This document shows, piece by piece, positions 1 through 13,119 of a stretch of DNA of 64,000 nucleotides. The notes under the pieces are model-generated. The model saw only the letters and a list, made by a program, of their open reading frames with translations, had not been told where the DNA came from and did no database searches. The stretch is from the NCBI RefSeq assembly GCF_018350175.1, contig NC_058383.1, forward strand, positions 5,334,001 through 5,398,000, in the 5' to 3' direction. Origin of the DNA: Felis catus. Taxonomy: Eukaryota. The translations under genes were made by a program, and so were the position numbers. The first letter of the stretch is position 1, and every line of letters begins with the position of its first letter.

Positions 1-974
1 TCATGAAAACCCATTTTCACAAAATTTGGTTGTGTGGGGTACAGAATGGCAATGTCGTTTTCTCACGTGAAGATCTGTGGCGGTATCTGTCTTGTCTGCA
101 CTGACGCATGTAGTCATGAATGGAATTGGATTTTGAAGCCACCCACCAAAGGACCCGTCCGTGAGCTTGGCAGATGTTAGAAGGATTGATACCCAGGATT
201 AGTGAAAAGGCACTTTTACACACTTAACAAATCTAGGGATTTATCGTACAGAAATACCCCCAGAATAGAGTGGATTTCTGTCCATGAACGTTTGCTGCAG
301 CGTCGTTTGCGTTACTCAAAATGAAAACACCTGAAAGTCGTTCAGTAGAGGATTTGTCGGACAGGTTATGGTACGTGCTCGCAGTGAGCTCCCGTACGGC
401 CACTAGAAAGAATGAAGGAGATCTACATGAATGGGTCTGAAAAAGCACTGAAGATGCCTTGTTAAGGGAGGGGCGTAGAACGGCCTGAAGAATTATGATT
501 CCATTTTTGGGTTTTTTTGGGTTTTTTAAATATTTATTATGAGAGAGAGAGAGCAAGCGGGAGAGGGGCAGAGGGAGGGAGACCCAGAATGCCAAAGCGG
601 GCCCCACAATGTCAGCGCAGAGCCCGATGCGGGTCTTGAACTCACGAACCCTGAGATCATGACCTGAGCCGAAATCAAGAGTTGGACGCTTAAGTGACCC
701 AGCCACCCAGGCACGCCCGGTTTTTTTTGTTTTGTTTTTAATATGTAAACAAAGGTCGGGGAACATAGATACCAAATGAACAGTAGTTCATTTGGTAGTA
801 GTTACTGATGCCATCTCTGGGGAGCTGGATGAACGAATGAATAACTAATGTTACCTTTAAAAGCGGGATTATTAGGGACTTTCTCTAGTTTATGTTTCTG
901 TATTGTTCATTTTCCTGTTACAGTCTCTTTTATAATCAGAAAAGTAATCTTTTAAAAATCACGATGTCTCATAA

Positions 975-1163
<189 letters not shown>

Positions 1164-1329
1164 TAAGTTCTTTCTGGTGTTCAGAATCTTCAGTGTTCTT
1201 GCACCCCTAAGGCTTAAGACCCGAGAGCGTATACGTACGTGTGTGTGTGTGTGTGTGTCTCTTTTTTAGCCACAAGCGTCCCTGTGGCCGATTTTTATGC
1301 TTGTCACACAGCAGTCGTCACTGCCATCT

Positions 1330-1500
1330 CTTGAGTCCTTACTCTGTGCCAGGCACTGTTGAAACCATTGGCACGCGTTAATTCATTTAGTCTTCCCCAA
1401 CCTACAAAGTGGCTGCTGTTACCATCAGCACTTCACAGGTGATAAAATGGAGGCTCCCGGACGCAGAGGTTAGGTGACTTTCCCAAGTTCACACAGCTAA
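1330..1500. mobile_element. MIR fragment
   Basis: tgtgccaggcactgt...aggttaggtgactttcccaagttcacacagctaa, typical of the MIR core. Similar remnants near 9530-9710, 37970-38110 and 48600-48740. Confidence 0.7.
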
Positions 1501-1618
1501 TGTTCTTTATTTATCAAGCCCTTTACCTCTTCCGGTTGGCCAGAAAAATCTGTCTGACGAAGGCCAGTTTATAGTACGTAACGTGTCTGTTTATAGCACA
1601 TAGAACTTAGGTGTGCCA

Positions 1619-1847
1619 GGGGCGCCTGGGTGGCGCAGTCGGTTAAGCGTCCGACTTCAGCCAGGTCACGATCTCGCGGTCCGTGAGTTCGAGCCCCGCG
1701 TCGGGCTCTGGGCTGATGGCTCGGAGCCTGGAGCCTGCTTCTGATTCTGTGTCTCCCTCTCTCTCTGCCCCTCCCCCGTTCATGCTCTGTCTCTCTCTGT
1801 CCCAAAAATAAATAAACGTTGAAAAAAAAAAATTAAAAAAAAAAAAA
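1619..1847 (+). mobile_element. Young felid SINE
   Basis: Near-consensus, CpG-rich; TSD agaacttaggtgtgc at 1602-1616 and 1848-1862. Confidence 0.93.
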
Positions 1848-3608
1848 AGAACTTAGGTGTGCAGAAGGGTGGCGCTGCCTGTCTGTCTGTCCTCAGCTAG
1901 CATAGATCAAGTTCAGTGATTGGTCACCACAGAGCTTGGTATTTGTCTCTCCTTTGCCAACGCCTGTTTTAGGCTGACCGCTTTACAAGGTGGTGGGATG
2001 GTGTATCATGTAGACCAGAAGTCTTTTCTTAAGCCAAGTGATAGGAAGAGGTCATGGATTTTCATTTGGGAAGTTCAGCGACATAGAGAAATACACTGAG
2101 ATCCCAGTAGGAGTAAATCCTGGCACGAACAAACACTCAGCTGGGAGAAAGCACCGAGTTTACGGAGTAGTCTCTTTCCTGTGGAATGGTTGAATTCACT
2201 TACTTTCAGTAGGTATTAATGGTAATGGAAAAGATATTTATTTTTTAGTTTTTTTTAACGTTTGTTTATTTTTGAGAGAGAGAGAGAGAGAGAGAGACAG
2301 AACGTGAGTGGGGAAGGGCAGAGAGAGAGGGAGACACAGAATCCGAAGCAGGCTCCAGGCTCCGAGCTGCCGGCACAGAGCCCGAGGTGGGGCTCGACCT
2401 CATGAACTGTGAATTCATGACCTGAGCCGAAGTCGGACACTTGACCGACTGAGCCACGCAGGTGCCCAGTGTAAAGACATTTAATAAGCTACTTTCTCAT
2501 ACTGGATTCTTCCTGCCTCTTTCACAGAGGTCTTTTATTTTTTAGCCACTTTGCATAAATAGGGCCTCGCTTGTGACATTTCAGGTTGCCCCAGGTAGTC
2601 ACAGATCACTTGGGGTCCCAGGTGGCCCATGCTCCAAGGATAAAGACCACAGGTCCTTCCTTTCCTACCAGGCCCTGCGTGGTCTGGCCCTCCCTAGGTC
2701 CTTCCTCTTGGTTCTCCATGCTTGAGCCACCTGGCCATCTCCTTCTCAGGCCGTTGACAGACCTGATGAATTCCTCCCTGGTCATTAAGGAGAATGAAGT
2801 AGATCTTTTGTATGTGGCTCTGGGAACATCAGTGGGCCATCCTCGGGCCTTTGCACAGACTTGTCCCTGCCTAGAATGCTTGTCCCTGTGCTCACCCATC
2901 CATCCGTTGGCTGATAATGGGCGCTCACCCCAGCTCTCAGCTCAGAGGTCCCTTCCTCAGGGACACCGTCCTTGACTCCTATCTCCAGGCCCATCTCACT
3001 TGCCCTGGCTCTTATGGCGCTGGGCGCCTCTGCCTCCTGATTGGCAACGTACTTTGTAATTACAGTTTGTGTGACTGCCTGTTCAGTGTCCCTCTTCCCC
3101 ACTGGTCTCTTACTCCGTGCCCATCCTTTCTCCTGCCCTTATCAGTTCCGACTGATTAAGCACTCGCTGAACCAGGAGGACCGGTGGACAGATTGCTACG
3201 TGGACAGATGGCGCGGTCAATGATGCAGGCTCGGAAGGGGCGGGATAGCAAAACAGACGCTCTGTGTTCTGCTTTCCGATGCCTGTGATGACCCAGCCGA
3301 GCTTTTCACATGGTCTGAGTCGCAGGAAGGAAAAATAGCGTTTTTATGTTGTATTGTTATCTTTAAGGAGCGGATTGAGAGAAACGTGGGGTCACTGGGA
3401 TGGGGTGGCAGGCTGAGGAAAAGCCAGCTGCTTTGGTGGTCATTTGAACTTAAAAAAAAAAAGAAGAAGAAAATCAACGGGAAATTCTCAGGCAGTTACG
3501 TGACAGGAAAGGCACACGGCTGAACAAAGCGTTGTCACTTACCTGGCTTTTTGAAAGGAATTCAAAGAAGCACGTATTGGCTTTGTTTCATTTCTGCTTT
3601 ACGGCTAA

Positions 3609-3761
<153 letters not shown>

Positions 3762-3963
3762 TGACGACGGTGACGGGATTGTCCTGTCAGAGCCGGGAAC
3801 AGTCTTTGAGTTGCCCTAGATAAGTATATTTTATCAGAGATGGAAACGGTTCCCCCAGAAAGGATTTTGCCTCTGCCCTGCGTTTCAGTGTTTGTTACAC
3901 ACAGGCGTCAAATGAAACGTACTTTTCGAATCGTGGACTCTTCTCCGAATTTTATTCTTCCAG

Positions 3964-4133
3964 CTCCAGTCACTGAAAGGGCGAAGTTGATTTCCTTGCC
4001 AACCAGTAAAAACTGGACCTTCGGACCTCAGGACATCGATGAACTGATCTTCATGCTCAGTGACAGCCCTGGGGTCATGTGTCGGCCTTCCCGTGTCAGA
4101 CAGATGTTTGCCTCCAGAGCCTGTCGAAAATCT
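3964..4133 (+). CDS. PMS2: PMS2 coding exon (exon 14 equivalent)
   Basis: cttccag| acceptor, |gtaagt donor, 170 bp. [57 protein letters not shown] (ACR motif). Confidence 0.97.
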
Positions 4134-6268
4134 GTAAGTAAACAACGCTCTTCTTCCAGGGCCCGGAGGGTCTGTTCGGGCCGGTGGTGGCACGAGTTCT
4201 CAGGCCAGCTGCTGACCAGGCAGCGCCGTCGACTGTGGCCGAGACTGCCACGGGTCATCGTGTGTAATACGGCCACATCCTTCTCTGCCAGTGTGATGTG
4301 CGAGCTGGGCGAGTCTGCCTCATCTCTGGCCTCTAACCCGTAATCGCTGTGACGTTTCACCGCCGCCGCTCAGCCTGTCCTGGAGGTGGTGGCGGTGGTG
4401 GGTCATCAGCCTGATGTCAGAGCGAAGCAGGTGCGTCTGGATCACCTGACCCCTGGGAGCAGCCGGGATGCCCTTCCTTCATCAGAGGCTCCACCCAGGT
4501 GCCGCCCAGGACACAGAGGGGACAAGGCAGATGAGGTCCCCCCCTCTTTGTGGAGTTTAAGGTTTCGTGGGGAGGAAGAGACTTAAGTCCAAGTAGTAAC
4601 TTCTGATACCAGTAGGCCCAGAAAAGAAGTTAAAACAGTATGGGGACAGGGAGTGGCCTCGGCTCCCGGTCGAGCAGCTGAGATTGGGAGGCAGGGAAGG
4701 GCCATGTGAGGAGGACGCATCTGGGCTGACGCCTGGAAGGGGCATGGAGCCCCTCGGGGAAGAGCTCTCCTAGTAGAAGAAACAGCAGGTGCACAGATGG
4801 GGCGGGGGGGAGCGTGTGAGCCAAGCCAGAGACGGCCCGTCCTGGAGGGGGTCCCGGATGTGAGCCGAGCAGCGTCGGGACCCACATGGGGTCTTGCGAT
4901 CCCGGTGGGAACCGGGGAGCTCGTGCGGAGGGCTGGAAGGGCTGAGGCGCAGGCTGCCGTGGGGGCGCCCGAACTTCCAGAACAAGGCGGCGGGGAAGCA
5001 GCAGCTTGCTCGCAGTTGGGGGGGTGGGAGGCATAAAAGCTGATTTGGACGTGTGGTATTTGAGGCCCCATGAGGCTTGTAAGTGCAGGCGTCTGGAAAA
5101 CGGTCAGGTTAATGAATCCGAGCTCGGGGAAATGTCAGTCGGGGAGCAAAGTTCAGGGGCACCGTGCAGCCTGGGGACTGGATGAAGTTCGGGGAGGGGT
5201 GAGGGGAGGATCTGACTTCCGGCCACAGGTATTTCTTTGATGAAGACAGTGTTGGTGCCCCCACCCCGGGGTCGGTGAGCAAGAGGCAGGGCAGACTGGC
5301 CTGGGCCGGTGGCCAGGCGGTTTAGAGTGTCCCGCCTTAAGGTGCCACACAGACCTGGGGAGCCACAGGCCGCCCTGCCCTCCCCACTCTGGCGGGGCCG
5401 CCACACTGTGGCTCTTCCTCCTCCCGTCAGCACAGCTGCCGACCGTTGTGGGTGATCCTCTGCCGCACCCCACGGGCCTATGCCCTGCCAGCCCCTCAGC
5501 CCCGTCTGCTCGCTTGGCTCCTGCCACACGGCCACGGCCACGTCCCCAGCCACACCAGCCTTCCTCCCACCCGAAGCCCTTTGCGCTTGCCCGCCTCGCA
5601 TGCCGCCTTCACACACCCGCCCAACTCCCTCCAGCCCTGGGCTCTCCCAGGTCCCCCACGGAAGTGGGCTTTCCCGGGCGCCATCCCCCCACCCTCCCTG
5701 GGTGACACCTGTTTCTCTGTTGACTTGTCTGGGGTCTGTCCGCCCCAGTGAGGTGGAGCACCCCACGCATGCCGCCTCTGGGGCTATGCGTGGCACAAGG
5801 AAGAAGGAAGGTGACACACGTCTCAGGTTTGTCGTCTCACACCACCTCTCCTGGTTTCTCAGGGGCGCTGATTTCCAGTGCTTGCTGGGGGGCCCGCTCA
5901 CCTCCACGGAGAGTTCAGCTAGAGATGAGCTGAGTGCTGTTTCATCAAGAGGAGGCAGGGACAGGAGCCGGAAGGGAGGGCGAGTGAGACGGGCAGTATC
6001 TGGGGAGGGAGGACCCGGGCAGAAGGCATGGCCAGCACCAAGGTCCCAAGGTAGGTGCTTGTGTAGTGCACCTGTGCGAGAGGAAAGGGGCAGGTGCCTT
6101 GGCTGCCTGTGGCTCAGTCAGTCGGTTAAGCGTCCCCCTTCGGCTGAGGTCATGATCTCACAGTTTGTGGGTTCGAGCCCCGCGTCAGGCTCTGTGCTGA
6201 CAGCTCAGAGCCTGGATCCTGCTTCAGATTCTGTGTCTCCCTCTCTCTCTGCCCCTCCCCTGCTCACA

Positions 6269-6306
<38 letters not shown>

Positions 6307-6732
6307 TCTCAAAAATAAAATAGAAACATTAAAAAAATTAAAAAAGGAAAGGGGGTGCCGGTGTGCTGGAGAGGGGCAGGGAGGGATGCGCTCTAGCAGA
6401 TGCGGGCACAAGGCCAATGAGGGGCCAAATCCGCCAATGCACGTGGGCTTTTACCCAGGTGAGCAGTGAGCGCTGGCAATGTGATCTGACAGCTCTTGAA
6501 AGGAATCACTGGCCGCTGAGTGGAGAACAGGTGGCGGGGGAAAGCGGGGAGGTCTTCAGAGGCCCTGTGATTGCCAAGGTGACAGGTCTGGGCGGCGGGA
6601 GGGCCGCTGAGACTGGTTGCATCCTGGACAGGTGTGGTCAGCATCTGTAACAGAGGTGTGTTGCCGTAAAGGAGCCACGGAAGGGCTGGATTTCACAAAG
6701 CGGAGGGGGGGCGGTGAGATATCAGCGGGTAG

Positions 6733-7020
<288 letters not shown>

Positions 7021-7107
7021 CAACATCTCTCGCTTTCTAGAATTGTACGTTTTATTGCAGATTTTTCCTTTTCAAAAGCAGGGTTTTAACGAGTCAGCTT
7101 GTTGCCA

Positions 7108-7113
7108 AATAAA
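7108..7113 (+). terminator. PMS2: Probable PMS2 polyadenylation signal AATAAA
   Basis: Canonical AATAAA ~90 nt after the stop codon; ATTAAA variants at 7348 and 7420. Confidence 0.6.
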
Positions 7114-7909
7114 CCTGTTTGAAAAAAAAGGAAATGACCAGATCCACTAGAAATGATCTTGAAAACCTTGTCAAACCACGCGGAGCAGTGCTTGCACCGG
7201 CTTTTGTCCCGCACCAGAACGTGTGTGCGCACGTACAGGCAAGAAGAGCATGTCTTACAGAAACAGGAAGAACGCTTCGAAAGCCACCTGGGCCTCTGCT
7301 GCTGTGGCCTGAGGTATCTTAGTCAGCAACTTTCAGCCCGTAGTATGATTAAATTCATAATGGTTTAATTTCATAAAATTACGGTCCTTTTGGGTTCGGG
7401 GTTGTCCACCCGAATGCACATTAAATTAAAAAAAAAAAAAAAAAAAACCAAGAGAGATTCTCTGCCCAGCTGGAGGAAAATGGCCAAGCGGGGCCTGGGG
7501 TCACTATTTTTAAATGTTCCCCGGCAAACGTTCGTAGGCAAGGGGAAATAAAAGATTGACTTTTCTGTAACTTTAATGCCGTGATGTGGTTTTTTGGGGT
7601 GGGAATCGCAAGATGTTCCCGTTACTGGTCCTGAGGGCAGAAGCCCTGTTGTCAGTTTTTCGTGGAATCTCGTCCTGCCGGAGACGAAAGCAAGCCCCTG
7701 TGGACCCAGACGGCTGTGGGCTGTACAGTGACCAGTGTGGCCTCCCCCCCTACTCAGCTTCTATTTGCAAACTTAGAATTCCTTAGACGTATTGAAATAA
7801 TCGAGTAATTATTGTCCTAAGTGCCTATGCTGTGGTGCCCTCCTACAGGATCTCATTTAATAGTTGCAGGAACTCTACAAATGGGGGTCTTAGGCAACCC
7901 CCCTTCCCC

Positions 7910-8482
7910 GACCGCTGTGTCCTAATCCGAGAGCCCTCAAATACGTGACCCAAGTGGCCAGAGGAGCTCTGAAGATGTGGTTGAGGGGAGGGTCACGAAG
8001 CGGGGCACGATCCTGGATTGGCCGGGTGGGCCCAATCTACCCCGTGACTTAAAAATTGGAGAACCTGGGGCACCTGGGTGGCGCAGTCGGTTAAGCGTTC
8101 GACTTCAGCCAGGTCACGATCTCGCGGTCCGTGAGTTCGAGCCCCGTGTCAGGCTCTGGGCTGATGGCTCAGAGCCTGGAGCCTGTTTCCGATTCTGTGT
8201 CTCCCTCTCTCTCTGCCCCTCCCCTGTTCATGCTCTGTCTCTCTCTGTCCCAAAAATTAAAAAAAAAAAAAAAAAAAAGTTAAAAAAAACAAAATTGGAG
8301 AACCTTTCTCAGCTGATACCGAGGATGTAGGAAGGCCGCCTCGAGAAACTGGAAAAACAAAGAGATTCTCCTCTGGAGCCACCGAAGGAACCAGTCCTGC
8401 TGGACTCCTAACTTAAAATCGTAAGATGATAAACTCGTGTTGTTTTAAGCCACTAAGTTTGGAGTAATTTGTTTACGGCAGT
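7910..8482 (+). mobile_element. MaLR LTR (MLT1-type), SINE-interrupted
   Basis: atcctggattggccgggtgggcccaat ... gattctcctctggagcc ... gtgttgttttaagccactaagtttggagtaatttgtt, characteristic of MLT1 LTRs. Confidence 0.75.
8067..8290 (+). mobile_element. Young felid SINE inserted in an MLT1 LTR
   Basis: TSD aaaattggagaacct at 8052-8066 and 8291-8305. Confidence 0.93.
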
Positions 8483-8679
8483 GGAAGCCGCCTGGATTCC
8501 TGTGTTATGGTGAAGATAAGCGCTGCGAGGCCACGCGGCAATTAACAGAGCTGGGAAAACCTGCGTCAGGTGCGTCCAGCTCCAGGTTGCCACCTGGACT
8601 TCTGGACCAGAGGGGCCGAGCCTTGTGGCTCAGCGGCTTCTCGGCCGGCGGTCCCTTTAAGGACGGGGCGGGGCCTGTG

Positions 8680-8692
8680 GTTGCCTGGAGAC
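8680..8692. promoter_or_regulatory. RFX X-box motif
   Basis: Reverse complement GTCTCC-A-GGCAAC fits RYYNYY-N(1-3)-RRNRAC with a perfect GGCAAC half-site; lies in the CpG island of a motile-cilia gene. Confidence 0.65.
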
Positions 8693-8699
8693 CAGCCTC

Positions 8700-8871
8700 G
8701 GTCGGGACGCTCCGCAGTCGCCGCACCATCTCCCTCCTCCTGGCTGCGCCCCTCCGGAGACCGGAGCCGGGTGGGCGCCCCGCCGGTGGTCCTGCGTGCG
8801 CCGCGGCCGACTTCCCGGTCAGGTCCGGCTCTTCCTCCGCCGGGCGGACGCGGCCCCCAGGACCTGAGCAG
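8700..8871 (+). other. RSPH10B: Putative non-coding first exon of RSPH10B (start approximate)
   Basis: Donor-like CAG|GTGCGG at 8871/8872 in the CpG island. The ATG exon has its own strong acceptor (tttttctttttcag|10461), implying an upstream exon. Confidence 0.5.
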
Positions 8872-9715
8872 GTGCGGTGGGCAGGAGTTGCCGGGAACCC
8901 CAAGCTCAGAGAACGCGCGCCCCTTTTGTGCTGCCTAAGGAAGGAATAAATCGCCAGGGTAAAAGGGCCTCAAGCCAGGGGGACCAGAATATAAACAAAA
9001 GTTACTGGGAAACAGGCCTCGAGGAAGGAGATGGGCCTTAGTTGCAGTGAAGATTTCACCCAGAGACCGCAAACCTATCTGTAGCAAAGGCTCACCTGGG
9101 CTTCCCTGGGCTAAGGGCTGGAGGGAGTAATGGGGTTTGAAGGACAAGAAAAGCGGGATCATGTTGGTGAGAGCAAAGCCTAGGGGGTCGTTGACTGGCA
9201 GGTGGGGTGTCCAGAGGATGCCATCCAAGCAGAGGGTGTGGGGGTGTCCCCTTGGACCCCTCAGGGTGTGAGGAGGGACCAGACCTTGCCCTGCACCCCA
9301 CGACTCATCTGTGTATATTGCTTGTTGCACTGGGATGTTTTCAATGAGGCCAGTTTGGGAGGCCATGAAAACTGTGGCTTTGGGGACCTGCCCGTCAGCT
9401 CCGTGACCTTGGGCAAACGTCACACGGCTCCTTTTCTGGCACGGGAGGCACTCAGTTTGGCATATGGAGTGGGCAGCCCAAGATTTCAAGTTCAAACACA
9501 GGAAAGTGACACAATAGCACAACATCATTGATAGTGTGCTGTAGCCCACACTTCAGAGGTTTTCTGTGCATCATTTCGTATAATTCTTACAAATGAGACA
9601 AGGCCCTGTTTTTTCTGTTATCTGAAGCAGATGGAGTTTAACCTGCTTAAGGACACACAGCTGGTGAGGGGCAGTGCAGGAACCTGAACACAGCTCTTGA
9701 GCACTTTACCATGCA

Positions 9716-9743
9716 GATAGATAGATAGATAGATAGATAGATA
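9716..9743. repeat. (GATA)7 microsatellite at a SINE tail
   Basis: Direct read. Confidence 0.9.
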
Positions 9744-10556
9744 TTAGTTTACCTATTTTTTGAGAGAGGGAGAGCATCCCAAGCAGGCTCCCCAACTATC
9801 AGCACAGAGCCAGACGTGGGGCTCGAACCCATGAACCACAAGGTCATGACCCAAGCAGAAATCAAGAGTCAGATGCTTCACTGATTGAGCCACCCAATCG
9901 CCCCTCCATGCAGACGTATTAAGAGATGGGCTTTCAAAGTAGGAATTGCCAGCATGTAAGACATTAAGGGTTAAGTAGCCATTTTTTAATGTATCGGGTT
10001 CCCTTCTTGCCGGAACACTATTTGAAAAGAAATGGTAGGCAGTGTTTCCACTTTTTAAAAATTTTAGGAATGGGGTGCCTGGGTGGCTCAGTCAAACGAC
10101 CGACTTCGGCTCTGATCATGATCTCGCAGTTCATGGGTTCCAGCCCTGAGTCGGGCTCTGTGCTGACAGCTCAGAACCTGGAGCCTGCTTCGGATTCTGT
10201 GTCTCCCTGTCTCTCTGCCTCTCCCCTGCTCAGGCTCTGTTTCTCTCTCTCTCCCTCTCTCAAATACATAAACATTAAAAATAAAACAAAAAAAATTTTA
10301 GGAACAACCAATGCGATATTTTTATAAACTGGTGATACTTGATAATCATAATTTTTCAAGCTTTAAAGAGGAGAATGATAATGACATTGGGTTGTAAAGC
10401 TAAAATTTTAGCTACGGATGAAACCCGCAAGTGTGTAGAGCTACGATTTTTCTTTTTCAGATAAAACCGAGCAGCACTTTGAAACAAACAGCTCCCAACC
10501 GAAGGAATCATTTGATACTTACATATATAAAGTAAACTTGAGGACTTCTAAAGACA

Positions 10557-10807
10557 ATGGTGAAAGAAAGGAAAAGAGCGGACAAACGGGCGGATAAGTT
10601 TTCCCGCTCTCCCTCCACTGATAATCCAGACTTTTCCACACCAGACAGCAATGCTGCTAGACAGGAACTGTCCCCCAGGGCTGCCCCACCATTGGAAACG
10701 CATCTCAGTGAATCAGGGCTCAGAAAAGAGTCCAATGACGATGCCCAGCTGAATGAAGACGCCGCTCAGTACGAAGAGCCCATTCTCACCAAACTCATAG
10801 TTGAAAG
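10557..10807 (+). CDS. RSPH10B: RSPH10B coding exon 1 (exon begins 10461; ATG at 10557)
   Basis: Strong Kozak acaATGg, in-frame upstream TGA at 10539. MVKERKRADKRADKFSRSPS...QYEEPILTKLIVE(S) resembles the RSPH10B N-terminus; donor ag|gtgaat. Confidence 0.92.
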
Positions 10808-11694
10808 GTGAATTTGATGGGTTGCGTCTTCTGTGTTCCCCTTTCTAGTGCTTTCATGCTCTGTGCTCTCTCTCTCTCTGCAATCTCTTATTGTGGCTTT
10901 CCCTGTCATTCCCCTAGGTGACTGTAAAAGTCTGTGTCTTCAGCCCTGGTCTCTCTCCTGGAGTTTTATATTCAAATTTATAACTCCCTCCTGAACATCA
11001 TCCAACCCAACTTCAAGCCCCCTGTGTCCAAAAGCAAAGACTGCAGGACTTGAAATAAGATCTGGACCGGAGTCCTGGCTCTATGACATCAACCCCATCC
11101 TTGAACCTTTCTGAGCCCCAGATTCTTCACTGGGAAAAACACACCCCATAGATGGTTCCTCTGTGTGCTGCCATGCCCCCCCCCCCCCAGCCCTGGGCTT
11201 CTCCATTGGTGCCTATTTCTTTTTCTTTTTCTTTTTTTTTAAATTTTTTATGTTTGTTTATTTCTGAGACAGAGACAGAGCATGAGTGGGGGAAGGGCAG
11301 AGAGAGGGAGACACAGAATCCGAAGCAAGCTCCAGGCTCCGAGTTGTCAGCACAGAGCCCGACGTGGGGCTCGAACTCACAAACTGTGAGATCATGACCT
11401 GAGCTGAAGTCGGTCGCTCGACCGACTGACCCACCCAGGCGCCCCATCCGTTGGTCCCTATTTCTGTACGGGCACCACCATTTCCCTCCCTATTGGGGCT
11501 GCCCTCCTCCTGCCCTGCCCTTTTGTATTTCTTTTTCCTCTGTGCTTCTCTCATTAACCCCTTTCTCTCTGCTTAGCTTCTTCATTCCCTCTTGACTGGG
11601 CTATTGGACTCACTTCCTAAATATTTCCCTGCTTCTAGGCTCTTCCAGGCCTCCTGTATGGATTTGCCCTCCTAATTGTTTACATACATCACTC

Positions 11695-12410
11695 CCGGGA
11701 TTAGTTACTTGTCTGTGTAACAAGTCACCCCAGGGCATGGTAATTAAAACAAATATCTCACATAGTTTATGGGGGTCAAAAATCTGGGAGCAGCTTAGCT
11801 GGTTGGTATTGGGTTAGGATCTCTGGAGGTCCAGCCAAGATGTGAGTCTAGACTGCCATCATCTGAAGGCTTGGCCGGCTGCACAGTCGGCTTTCAAAGG
11901 GGCTCCCTGGCAGGAGGCCTCAGTTCCTCATCACACAGCAGTATGTCCTTTGGTGTCCCCACCACCTAGCAGCTGGCTTCCTCAGAGAGTAATCCAAGAG
12001 AGAGCTAGGGCAGAAGCCGTGTGTCTTTTAGGACCTGCTCTGTCATCACCCTCTGCCCTTTCTTTCTGTCTTTCTTTAAACTTTTTAATGTTTGTTTATT
12101 TTTGAAGAGAGACAGAGCGCAAGCCAGGGAGGGGCAGAGAGAGAGGGAGACACAGAATCAGAAGCAGGCTCCAGGTTCTGAGCCATCAGCATAGAGACTG
12201 ACATGGGGCTCGAACTCACAGACCTCGAGACCATGACCTGAGCTGAAGTTTAACCAACTGAGCCACCCAGGCGCCCATACCTCTGTCATTTCTGCAATAC
12301 CCTAGTGGTCTCACAGGTCAGCCCTCTTCAGTGTGAGAGAGGATTCCACAAGGCTGTGACTCCTAGGAGGTGAGAATTGCTCTGGGGCCATTTTGAGGCT
12401 GGCTGCCACA
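11695..12410 (-). mobile_element. MaLR LTR (MLT1-type), SINE-interrupted
   Basis: gtgtaacaagtcaccc...aatctgggagcagcttagctgg...ggggccattttgaggctggctgccaca. Confidence 0.7.
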
Positions 12411-13119
12411 TTCTTAAAAACTTTTGATTTCTTAACATTGTCTACAGAATAAAACCCCTGAGCCTGATACTCTGACCGCAGCCTGCCTCTCTCTCAAACT
12501 CAAGAGCCCAGTTAGACTTTCCCCCACAATCTCGTTTTTATCTTTGCTTGCAAAGATGGCTTTGCTTCGTTTCTGAATGGTCAAATTCCAACCTACTCTT
12601 CTGGTCCAAATCTTTCCAATTGATTCTTCCCAATAGGAAGTCATTTTGCCCAAAACTTTTTTTTACCATGCTTATCACTTTCTATCATGTTTTACTATAT
12701 ATATAGTATGTACTACTTTCTATCACATACATATGTAGTATGGATGAATTACCACAATTTGTTTCCAAGTTTCAACTTCTCTACCAGGTGGAAAATTCTG
12801 TCCTAACACAGACACGCCCAGAGTATCAAACACCAGACCTTAGGCATAGGGGATGCTCAGTCAAGATTTACGGTTTGAATGATTATCAGTGGCCATTTTT
12901 CTTTTCATTTCTTTTTATTTTTTTCTAAATATTGATTGTTTTGGGGGAGAGCGCAAACGGGGAACGGGCAGAGAGAGGGGGACAGAGGATCCAAAGCGGG
13001 CTCCGCGCCGACAGGCAGACAGCAGAGAGCCCGATGTGGGGCTCGAACTCACGAACCATGAGATCGTGACCTGAGCCAAAATCGGACACCTAACCGACTG
13101 AGCCACCCAGGCACCCCAT

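Larger units (their letters stand above)
8490..8960. promoter_or_regulatory. RSPH10B: CpG island, probable RSPH10B promoter
   Basis: Short GC- and CpG-dense tract 1.6 kb upstream of the RSPH10B ATG; GC box GGGGCGGGG at 8665-8673; X-box-like GTTGCCTGGAGAC at 8680-8692. Confidence 0.8.

Noticed and set aside
1619..1700. tRNA-like sequences at SINE heads
   Set aside because: tRNA-derived A/B-box heads of CanSINEs, not tRNA genes.
5480..6469. 329-aa + ORF and overlapping 267-aa - ORF (5104-5907) in the last PMS2 intron
   Set aside because: GC-rich, stop-poor intronic sequence; the + ORF runs through a SINE and its (CT)n tract; no recognisable domain or exon structure.
8505..9549. ORFs of 120-204 aa over and beside the CpG island
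   Set aside because: Expected in GC-rich DNA; overlapping frames on both strands and no homology recognised.
10524..10532. TATATAAAG TATA-like box upstream of the RSPH10B ATG
   Set aside because: It would place the TSS on the ATG itself, and it lies inside an exon that has a strong splice acceptor at 10461.
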